Below, piece after piece: positions 38,632 to 49,063 of a DNA stretch of 64,000 bases. Made by a program: the position numbers and the translations under genes. Each line of letters opens with the position of its first letter. Positions within the stretch are counted from its first letter, which is position 1. This DNA comes from Octopus vulgaris (lineage: Eukaryota). The notes under the pieces were generated by a model. The model searched no databases and was not told where the DNA came from. It saw nothing but the letters and a program-made list of their open reading frames with translations. The stretch covers positions 58,342,001-58,406,000 of the forward strand of contig OX597833.1 of the NCBI GenBank assembly GCA_951406725.2, given 5' to 3'.

Positions 38632-39052
38632 GGATCTTTTCGGTTTGAACGGCAATTTTTTCTAGCGGTGTCATATGAAATTGTCACCCATAATTATGAC
38701 CCTAGTATCGATCTATTGCATTTCAAACTGTTTTAGGGTTAGGGTTGGGAGTGGGGGGAAGGGTATCTTTTTTTCTTCACAAATGTAAATAAACCCAATC
38801 TATTTCTTAAACGAGGGACATATTCATACGGCACAGAATGTTTTTTTTACCTCAATAGACGTCAATGATTGGTTGAAATTGCAGAAATCGAAGAAAAAAC
38901 AACAACAAATATCTTACAAACTATAGAATTTTCTCAATAAAGCCAAGAGAAAAAGATGTTTTATAAACACATTCTACCAGTATACGAAGTTTAAAAGTGT
39001 TTAGTTACGTGGAAATTATTTTAAAAAACTGCCGTTCAAACCGAAAAGATCC
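38632..39052 (+). mobile_element. MITE family E
   Basis: Perfect TIRs; 8-bp TSD CACATTTG. Confidence 0.93.
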
Positions 39053-39772
39053 CACATTTGAACAATACGACCTTTGTTATGACAGTAGATGTGGTTTAAG
39101 GTGAGAGACAGAGATAGAGAGAGAGAATTGTAAGGCAAGCGAAGTAGAGTTAAAATATATTAACGCTTAGAATAGCAGTGATGTCATTCAAAGTCGTGTG
39201 TAGTGAATGTGTGTGCGTGTGCGATCTGATCTATATGCATTTGTTACTATGTATGAACGTATGTAAGTGTTCGTAACTTCTCTGTCTGTCTGTCTCTCTC
39301 TCTCGCTTTCTCCCCCTGTGTTTTTGTTAAGGTGTATGTGTTTATTGCTGTGTGTAATTGTAGACTTGTTTCTTTCTCTGTGTGTGTGTCTGTCTGTAGT
39401 TGTTGCTCCGTATGTCCTTCTTGCTGTGAGTGTGTATGTGCGCATGCGTCCTCTTATAATTCTAACCGTTGCTGTGTGTGAATGTGAGATGATTGCTGTG
39501 GGTTTGTTTTGGTGGTTGTCGTCTGTCTGTTTGTCTCTCCGATTCTCCCTCCATCCATCCATCCACCTTTTTTTTTTTCTCTGGTGCGTGTATATTCATT
39601 CGTTGTTCTTGTTGCCCGAATCGACTAAAACTGATAAAACGCGTTCCAGCCGCCATCTTACTGCCCCTTTTCCTCTGTGTGTGGAGAGATTTAGGGTCAC
39701 ATTGCTCAATTTGTCGTCTGCTAAGGTGAGGAGTGAGTGATTCGAAGAGGTTTTAGTTACTATTACTTGTAG

Positions 39773-39812
39773 GTCGAGCCCCACCGAGCCTCACCGTAGA
39801 CATTATCCCCAG
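39773..39812 (+). other. Candidate 40-nt exon
   Basis: TTACTTGTAG| ... CAG|GTATGC; GC-rich unique sequence; two open frames. Confidence 0.2.
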
Positions 39813-39836
39813 GTATGCCTGCATCTATGTACATGT

Positions 39837-39885
<49 letters not shown>

Positions 39886-39886
<1 letters not shown>

Positions 39887-40083
39887 CGGGAAGGTTTACG
39901 AAAATAAACAAAAGACGAAGGCAGGTGGAGTACAAACAAACAAATGTATTAGTATGGCGCTAAGGAATAGAAATAGAACAAGTCTTTTACGTTTCGAGTC
40001 TACGCTCTTCGGCAGAAAGATACACAGAAAAAAAACAAGGAGAGAAAAAAAATGCGTGTTGGAGCTAACGATCTATCATGGCG
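39886..40083 (-). mobile_element. Penelope-like terminal-repeat fragment with variant hammerhead motif (39983-40020)
   Basis: TCTTT CTGCCGA A GAG-CGTAGA-CTC GAAA CG TA AAAGA. Confidence 0.65.
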
Positions 40084-40188
40084 TTCTGACTTATATGTAT
40101 GTATGTATGTGTGTGTGTCTAAGAATTTTTTGCGTAATGAGATAAAAAAACCCAAGGCTGTGTAGATATTAGAGCATTTATAGATAGG

Positions 40189-40238
40189 TCTTACAGCTGT
40201 TTCCAGGTTATTTATTAATTATATCCCTTCATCAGAGA
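40189..40238 (-). ncRNA. Minimal type I hammerhead ribozyme motif (Penelope-associated type)
   Basis: TCT CTGATGA A GGGATAT..ATAACCT G GAAA C-AGCT-G TA AGA: canonical core, palindromic stem III loop, GUA site, 3-bp stem I. Confidence 0.7.
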
Positions 40239-40424
40239 GGCTGTGAGAGGATGGTTAAGTAATAGTTAGTTTATATAGGATACAAAATAGAGAGTGAGGT
40301 GGAGGAAAGAAAATAGATGTAAGATATGTAGGGATATTGAAGTTGTAGATTCACTTTTTAGGCAGAATGGTATCTATGTAAGATTCCAATACCTTATTAG
40401 TAATATATACCTATATATATATAT

Positions 40425-40613
40425 AGGGAGAGAATTCACCAAAAAATAAAAGACGAAAACAGGCGGTGTAGACAACAAACAGATGTATTAGTATAACGCT
40501 CGGGAAGTGAAAAAGTCTTTAACGTTTCGAGCCTACGCTCTTCTACAGAAAGGAACACAGAAAGAAACAAGGAGAGAAAATAGGGAATGTGTAGTGGCTA
40601 GCGATCTATCATG

Positions 40614-40616
<3 letters not shown>
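40425..40616 (-). mobile_element. Penelope-like terminal-repeat fragment with variant hammerhead motif (40517-40552)
   Basis: CTTT CTGTAGA A GAG-CGTAGG-CTC GAAA CG TT AAAG; flanked by (TA)n. Confidence 0.65.
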
Positions 40617-40646
<30 letters not shown>

Positions 40647-40649
<3 letters not shown>

Positions 40650-41012
40650 CGCAGTTGTGGCTGTGTGGTGAGTAGCTTGCTTCCCAACCAGATGGTTCCG
40701 GGTTCAGTCCTACTGCGTGACACCTTGGGCAAGTGTTTTCTATTATAACGTCGGGCCGACCAAAGTCTTGTGAGTGGATTTGGTATACGGAAACTGAAAG
40801 AAGCCCGCCTTATATATATCTGTTTGTGCGTCTGTGTTTGTTCCCCACTGCCGCTTGGCAACCGATGCTGGTGTGTTTACGTCCCCGTTACTTAGCGGTT
40901 CGGCAAAAGAGACCGATAAAATAAGTACTGGGATTACAAAGAATAAGTCCCGGGGTCGATTTGCTCCAGCATGGCCACAGTCAAATGACTGAAACAAGTA
41001 AAAGAGTAAAAG
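40647..41012 (+). mobile_element. SINE family A
   Basis: Consensus match. Confidence 0.88.
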
Positions 41013-41015
41013 CGA

Positions 41016-41065
<50 letters not shown>

Positions 41066-41764
41066 TTATATGTGTACACATACATACATTCACACGTATA
41101 CATACACATATATAATATGCTATCGTGAATGCGGTGATGATCATCGTAATGTGCTGGGCTGTGTGTGTGTGTGTATGAAATCGGATATAATGATTTAGTG
41201 CTAATGATTAATTAGGATGATGATAAGGAGGAGGAGGATGATGATGATGGTGGTGGTGGTGGTGGTGGAATTGATAGCGTTCTATTGGTTGTCGCACACA
41301 CCGGTTGTTATGGCTTGGAACCTGCTTTGGCCGGTTAGCTCTTGAGTTTATTAATACGTTGATGGCCGCCCATTATAAGTTCATGAGTACATCTCTTCAC
41401 ACATCGCAGTATGTTGGGATCTTTGTATGAACCAGCATTTCGGTTGCAAAATCAATCAAACGAAAAACTCTCTCAATTTCTGGATCATTAACATCTCCCA
41501 CTCTTTATATTTCTTCTGCTTTTTCTATCGTCATTTGGTGGTTTTATTCCTGGACCGTGTACACATTCAGTCTCCCAGACGAGATTCAAGCGCGGGACCT
41601 TTTATTTCCTAAGAAAGGCTAATGAAGTCTTCAGACGACATGGAAATGCTGTTGTTTTTTGTAAAACGAGGGAAACTTCTGTCTACTGTTGATGATGGAT
41701 GCTGTCGTATGTATGATATATATATTGCTAAATTTCATTAGGCGTAAAATATAATTTTAGTTGC

Positions 41765-42099
41765 GAGGTATACTTGCCATCTCAATATGGCTAACCGCTA
41801 AGGGTGGGTGTTACTGTAGCTTGTAGCCCCAGGAGAACATCGTCTCCAGCTGGCTTTAGGCACACTCTCTGTGCCCTTATGGTATTTGCAAAGGGCCAGG
41901 AGAACATCATCTCCAGCTGGCTTTAGGCACACTTTCTGTACCTTTATGGTATTTGCAAAGCGAGGTCATCCCTTTGCAAATACCATAAGGGCACAGAAAG
42001 GGTCCTAAAGCCAGCTGGAGACGATCTTCTTCTGGGGCTACAAGCTACAGTAACACCCACCCTTAGTGGTTAGCCATATTGTGATGGCAAGTATACCTC
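41765..42099. mobile_element. Foldback/palindromic element (~130 bp arms; left arm has a ~67 bp tandem duplication)
   Basis: GAGGTATACTTGCCATC... / ...GATGGCAAGTATACCTC; short spacer around 41960-41970. Confidence 0.8.
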
Positions 42100-42895
42100 A
42101 CATTGTCGTGCAGTTACTGTTTATACCTCGTTCAGAGATTTATTATTGTTGCAATTGTATTTGACTGGAGTGAAATCTTTGAAGATTTCGTTGTCAGTTG
42201 TTCCCTGTAAAAAGGACCGTCTGAAACGTTCAGTTTCCCAACTTTTCCCTACATGGAAGAAAATTACCAGAAAACATTGTTCGTTAGAATTGTGGTAATT
42301 GCAAACAAATGTGTGTTTTGAGGTCGAAACAATTGACTAAACCGTCCTCCCAAGCCCGAGGCGCGGATGTATATATATGTGTGTATATTCGTGGTAAGAA
42401 GCTTGCTTGCAACCCACATGGTTTCGGCGTCAGTTCCACGGCGTGACATCTTCATCATGTGTCTTCTACTATAACCCTGGGCCGAGCAAAGCCTTGTGAG
42501 TGGATTTGATAGAGGGAAACTCAGAGAAGCCCGTCGTGTGTATGTGTATGTGTGTGTGTGTATTCTTTTACTTGTTTCAGTCATTTGAGTGCAGTCATGC
42601 TGGAGCACTATATATGTGTGTGTTTGTGTGTTCGTTTGTTTGCGTCCCCGTAACTTAGCGGTTCGCCAAAAGATACCGGTAGAATATGGTTGCAGTATAT
42701 ATATATACTCTTCTACTTGCTTCAGTCATCTGATTGCGGCCAAGCTGGAGCACCGCTTTTAAGTCGAACAAATCGACCCTAGGACTTGTTCTTTGTAAGC
42801 CTAGCACTTATTCTATCGGTTCTCTTTTGCCGAACCGCTAAGTTACGGGGACGTAAACACATAAACATCGATTGTGGGAGGACTAACACACACGC

Positions 42896-43172
42896 GATCA
42901 CGTGACCGACCAGACCATCAGATGTTGTTACACATCGCTGGTCACAATGTGTTCGCATTGTTTTAGCCTTTGAATGACGCCACCCTGCTGGCTAAGCGAG
43001 CAGGCCAACAGAAGAAAGAGTACAGCAGAATCACCGCCCCCTGCCGGAGCCTTGTGGAGTTTTTTTAGGTGTTTCGCTCAATAAACATTCACAACGCCCG
43101 GTGTGGGAATCGAAACCGCGATCCTACGACCGCGAGTCCGCTGCCTTCACCACTGGGCCATTGCGCCCCCAC
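42896..43172 (-). mobile_element. SINE family C nested in the microsatellite of a SINE A (42706-43330)
   Basis: tRNA head; SINE A halves on both sides. Confidence 0.8.
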
Positions 43173-43830
43173 CCACACACATATGTATACACACACACGT
43201 ACGAAGGGCTGCTTTAGTCAGCCCGAGACTACAGCAGAAGACACTTGCCCAAGGTACCACGCAGTGGGACCGAACCCGGGACCATGTGGTTGATAAACAA
43301 GCTTCTTGAGAAACCACGCAGCCAACCACACCTATTGTGAATAGTGCACACACACACACACACACTGTTCACAGTAAGGTGTGCATAGCCTTTTCTTTAT
43401 TTTTCTCTCTTTTTCCTGTCACTTCTTTTTCGTTTCGTATATCTGTGCCCGCGCGCGCTCTGTTTGTCTGTTTGTTTGTTCGCGTGTGCGCCGGCTTCGA
43501 CTCCGAACTTCCTTTGTGTTTATAGTAAACAAGTCACAGCTGTTTTATATGCAGTCAAACCTGCCGTCACCACTGCTACGGCTGCTATTTATTCTTTACA
43601 TCCGATTAAACTACAAAAAAACACACTGCTACAGCGACGAGTCCCTGTTTTAACTAACGCCAACTGCCTGTCGTCACACAGCGCCCAACCAATCCAACGA
43701 GATACGCCTCTTTGTGGTGGCTTGGCCTGCTTGCTAGAAACAGCAGTCAAATGTCCCTCAAAACCACCGCATCTTGCAGTCTTCAACGAAAACCAACACT
43801 TGGACAGTGCTATACTAAATAACTTTAAAA

Positions 43831-44429
43831 GGCGGCAAGCTGGCAGACACGTTAGCACGCCAGGCGAAATGCTTAGCGGTATTTCGTCTGTCGTTACATT
43901 GTGAGTTCGAATTCCGCCGAGGTCGACTTTGCCTTTCATCCTTTCGGGGTCGATAAATTAAGTACCAGTTACGCACCGGGGTCGATGTAATCGACTTAAT
44001 ACCTATGTCTGTCCTTGTTTGTCCCCTCTGTGTTTAGCCCCTTGTGGGTAATAAAGAAATAGGTATTTCGTCTGTCGTTACGTTCTGAGTTCAAATTCCG
44101 CCGAGGTCGACTTTGCCTTTCATACTTTCGGGGTCGATAAATTAAGTACCAGTTACGCACCGGGGTCGATATAATCGACTTAATACCTATGTCTGTCCTT
44201 GTTTGTCCCCTCTATGTTTAGCCTCTTGTGGGTAATAAAGAAATAAGTATTTCGTCTGTCGTTACGTTGTGAGTTCAAATTCCGCCGAGTTCAACTTTAC
44301 CTTTCATCCTCTCGGGGTCGATAAATAAAGTACCAGTTTCGCACTGGGGACGATATAATCGACTCAATCCCTTCGTCTGTCCTTGTTTGTCCCCTCTATG
44401 TTTAGCCCCTTGTGGGTAGTAAAGAAATA
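43831..44429 (+). mobile_element. SINE family B trimer (184-bp period)
   Basis: Units start at 43878, 44062, 44246; flanking repeat TATACTAAATAA. Confidence 0.9.
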
Positions 44430-44615
44430 TATACTAAATAAACCGGGATCTTTTCGGTTTGAACGGCAGTTTTTTCTACCAATCCAACGAGATACGCCTC
44501 TTTGTGGTGGCTTGGCCTGCTTGCTAGAAACAGCAGTCAAATGTCCCTCAAATCACCGCATCTTGCAGTCTTCAACGAAAACCAACACTTGGACAGTGCT
44601 ACACTAAATAAACCG

Positions 44616-45046
44616 GGATCTATTCGGTTTGAACGGCAGTTTTTTCTAGCGGTGTCATATGAAATTGTCACCCATAATTATGACCCTAGTATCGATCTAT
44701 TGCATTTCAATCTGTTTTAGGGTTAGGGTTAGCTAGGGTTGGGGTGGGGGGAAGGGTATCTATTTTTCTTCACAAATGTAAATAAACCCAATCTGTTTCT
44801 TAAACGAGGGACATATTCATACGGCACAGAATGTTTTTTTTTACCTCAACAGACGTCAGTGATTGGTTGAAATTGCAGAAATTGAAGAAAAAACAACAAC
44901 AGATATCTTACAAACCGTAGAATTTTCTCAATAAAGCCAAGAGAAAAAGATGTTTTATAAACACATTCTACCAGTATATGAAGTTTAAAAGTGTTTAGTT
45001 ACGTGGAAATTATTTTTAAAAACTGCCGGTCAAACCGAAAAGATGC
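44616..45046 (+). mobile_element. MITE family E
   Basis: TIRs; an extra left-TIR copy at 44446-44478. Confidence 0.88.
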
Positions 45047-45712
45047 CAAATTTTATCCAACAAAAACAATAACAAAATTTGACTAGTCAAAGGCATCGCC
45101 TGTATTCAGTGCTATAACTGTTACCATAGCCACCTCTGCCACCACCTCTGTATTTATTGTAGTCCTGGCTTTTAGTAGCGGTTGTTGGCGACGTTTCGGT
45201 TCTAGACCAGATTCGTTTTTTTCCATTTTCTTTTCTCTCTCTCTCTTTTTTTTTTTGACATTGAACAATTTCGCTTTTTTAGCACTTCCGCTTTTTACTG
45301 TTTTGTTTTCTCTACTTTTGTTCTTTTTTTTTGTTTGACATTTTTGCATACTTAAAATGTCACTCCAGTCACCTTTATTTTTAGGAAAATATTTCTACAT
45401 AACAATGGAAACAAATCAATTAACGAAATAACTTTTTAAACATTTACTCTTTAAAAAACAAAAAAGGTGGATCAAAAGTATAAAAAGCGGAATGTTTAAA
45501 TGCGAAAAGCGAAACGAAGAGCCAACTTGGAGTTAATGCCTGCACACTCGCACACACGTACACATGTGTGTGGTGATCCTCCTCTTTATGGTTGCTAAAT
45601 GAAAGTGAAGTCCCAATCTCAGAAAAATCTTTGTTGACCTGGATAATAGTGTCGCTATTTCCACTTTCACTTTGTCATCTTAAACCGGAAGAATGCTATA
45701 TATGTAGATATG

Positions 45713-45940
45713 GAAGTGACTGAGCAATCCACAGACACGCGTACTCCTAACGTAGTTCTCAGGGAGATTCAGCGTGACACAAAGTGTGACAAGGCCGACC
45801 CTTTGAAATACAGGCACAACTCATTTTTGCCAGCTGAGTGGACTGGAGCAACGTGAAATAAAGTGTTTTGCTCAAGGACACAACGCGTCACCAGGAATTG
45901 AACTCACGACCTTACAATCGCGAGCCGAATGCCCTAACCC
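45713..45940 (-). mobile_element. SINE with D-type central domain and C-type 3' module
   Basis: GTGTCCTTGAGCAAAACACTTTATTTCACG followed by TGTCACGCTGAATCTCCCTGAGAACTACG (as at 26230). Confidence 0.75.
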
Positions 45941-46285
45941 ATAATGCACTATTAAGTCACTCGTTACATCTCCAGGCTGAATAAAGGATGTCTAGCGCCA
46001 GTGGACCCCGACTTTGCATCCGAATCGATTTACTGTTAGAGTTAACTCCCTTAACTTTCACCTCCTCCTAATCACTCACAGACAGTGAGACTTTGTGCTT
46101 GGGAAATGCCCTACTCTTAGTTTAACTGCCTTCCAAGATTGCCGATCGCTGAGTGCCTGCTAAGTTCAGTTTTATTTCATGATTTCTTGCCAATACAGAA
46201 AGAGCCGGTTTCTAACCTCGATGCAAGGCTCCTTCATTGGAATTTCAACATCAGCAGGGTATGTATGTATGTATGTATGTATGTA

Positions 46286-46352
<67 letters not shown>

Positions 46353-46353
46353 T

Positions 46354-46651
46354 GAAGGCTCAGTGGTTAGAGCGTGAGGTTGTGAGCTCGAATCCTGGAC
46401 TGAGCTGCGTGTTGTGTTCTTGAGCAAGACACTTTATTTCACGTTGCTCTAGTTCACTCAGCTGTAGAAATGAGTTGCGACATCACTGGTGCCAAGCTGT
46501 ATCGGCCCCTTTGCCTTGGATAACACTGGTGGCCAGTATGCATGGGGGCGACTGCTGGTCTTCCATAATAAACAACCTTGCTCGGACTTGTGCTTGGGAG
46601 GGTAACTTTCTAGGTGCAAACCCATGGTCTGTGTCGTGATCGAAGGGGGTC
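46354..46651 (+). mobile_element. SINE family D
   Basis: Homologous to 1147-1489. Confidence 0.8.
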
Positions 46652-46705
46652 TCAGATGTATGTATATATGGATATATGCAGATTTGTTTTATTTTATATG
46701 CGCGC

Positions 46706-46744
<39 letters not shown>

Positions 46745-46843
46745 GAGGTGGAGGTTGTTTCTGTAGTCAAATTCTTATGGAATAGACTTATACTCAAAAA
46801 TATTTCGAATATGAGCAACACGTTTCTATCTAGGACTACATTA

Positions 46844-47270
46844 GGATCTTTTCGGTTTGAACGGCAGTTTTTTCTAGCGGTGTCATTTGAAATTGTCACC
46901 CATAATTATGACCCTAGTATCGATCTATTGCATTTCAATCTGTTTTAGGGTTAGGGTTTAAGGGTGGAGGGAAGGGTATCTTTTTTTTCTTCAGAAATGT
47001 AAATAAACCCAATATGTTTCTTAAACGAGGGACATATTCATGCGGCACAGAATGTTTTTTTTTTTACCTCAATAGACGTCATTGATTGGTTGAAATTGCA
47101 GAAATTGAAGAAAAAAAAAACAAGAAATATCTTACAAAGTATAGAATTTTCTCAATAAAGCCAAGAGAAAAAGATGTTTTATAAACACATTCTACCAGTA
47201 TACGAAGTTTAAATGTGTTTCGTTACGTGGAAATTATTTTGAAAAACTGCCGGTCAAACCGAAAAGATCC
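46844..47270 (+). mobile_element. MITE family E
   Basis: TIRs; TSD CTACATTA/CTGCATTA. Confidence 0.92.
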
Positions 47271-47519
47271 CTGCATTATCTTGCATGAGTTTCTTATTCT
47301 TCTAGCAGATTGAGCGGCCACATAGGGCCCCTTTTCGTCGGCACGTATACTTAAGGCTTTACAAGTCATTAGACGGAGTGACGAGGTTTTGTCTTAGCGG
47401 AGGGAGGAACAACGAACTAAGTGTCCATCCGCTGTTGCTTTTAAGTTTCTTCATCAGAGTAAAGTTACTGTGGATATTAAACCGTCTTTTCTTATTTCCC
47501 TCCCCTTCTTTCCTTTTTC

Positions 47520-47890
47520 TCTCTCTTTCTCTTCCCCCGTCTCTCTTCATCACGCCCTCTCCCATTCACCTCTCCTTCCCTTCCTTCCGCCTTGTCCTTC
47601 ACTCCCTCACCCACCTTTTCTCTCCCTCCCTCCAACCCTCTTTCCTCCCATTCCTCCCACCCCCTCTCTTCTTTTGTCCTCCCTCTTTCTCTTCCCCCGT
47701 CTCTCTTTCTCTCCCCCCTATCTCTTCATCACGCCCTCTCCCTTTCATCTCTCCTTCCCTTCCTTCCGCCTTGTCCTTCACTCCTCTCACCCACCTTTTC
47801 CCCTCGCCTTATCTCTCCCTCTCCCTCCCTCCAACCCTCTTTTCCCCATTCCTCCCACCCCCTCTCTTCTTTTGTCCTCCCTCTTTCTCC
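47520..47890. repeat. Pyrimidine-rich ~180-200 bp tandem duplication
   Basis: TCTCTTCATCACGCCCTCTCCC...TTTTGTCCTCCCTCTTTCTC occurs twice. Confidence 0.85.
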
Positions 47891-48224
47891 TCCGACCTCC
47901 TTTTACAAAATTTGACCTGGTTTCACATTCAAGAGAAATAAATATTTGTTATGTAACACTTGGCGGCGAGTGCTGTGAAGCGTGAAATAAGCTACCGGCA
48001 ACTCTTTCTCTTTCTTCTTCTTTAATTTATGCGGCTTAGTGGCTGAGAGGAAAGGCATGGACATCACAGTGTTACATTGTATTTTCCTCTATGAAGCTGT
48101 AAAGGTGTTTTGTATTCTGTCAAAAACAAGAACAGACAGCAGAAATGTGTGTGTGAGTGTGTGTGTGTGTGTGAGTGAGAGAGATTTTGTTACAGGTAGT
48201 TATTAGCTATGTATATATATTCTT

Positions 48225-48432
48225 GTTTACTTGTTTACTTGCTTCAGTCACTTGACTGCGGCCATGCTGCAGCACCGCCTTTTTAGTCGAGCAAATCGAC
48301 CCCCCAGGACTTATTCTTTGTAAGCCCAGTACTTATTCTATCGGTTCTCATTTGCCGAACCGCTAAGTAACGGCGACGTAAACACACCAGCATCGGTTGT
48401 CAAGCGATGTTGGGTGGGTGGGGGGAGGATAA

Positions 48433-48492
<60 letters not shown>

Positions 48493-48653
48493 CGAGCTTC
48501 TTTCAGTTTCCGTCTACCAAATCCACTCACAAGGCTTTGGTCGGCCAGAGGCTATAGTAGAAGACACTTGCCCAAGGTGCCACGCAGTGGGACTGAACCC
48601 GAAACCGTGTGCTTGGTAAGCAAGCTACTTACCACACAGCCACTCCTGCGCCT
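48225..48653 (-). mobile_element. SINE family A, full length
   Basis: Complete consensus. Confidence 0.9.
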
Positions 48654-49010
48654 ATTATTATATTAAATGCATTGTGTTTGTGTGTGTGTGTGTGTATATA
48701 TATATACACACACACACACACACTTAATTATATGTAATCAGTATACAACACATTCTATTTACACGTAATCACCCAATTCTACCCCAAAACAGAGTTTATC
48801 TCTCTGTCTCTCTCTCTCTCACACACACACACATATATGTATATCTGTGTGTCTGTATATATTACAAAATAGAGATATACTAGTATTTAACACATGCACT
48901 AAAGTATAATTATTGGTTCGTTCAAAAACTGGCGAGTTCACTCCGCGTCGCTACTCCGAGTAGCTAAATCGCCTTTCTTGCGTTAGTCCGAGCGACACAT
49001 ACATAAATAA

Positions 49011-49063
<53 letters not shown>

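Noticed and set aside
47378-47985. 187/171 aa Pro/Ser/Leu-rich ORFs
   Set aside because: Result from a pyrimidine-only duplicated tract lacking stop codons.
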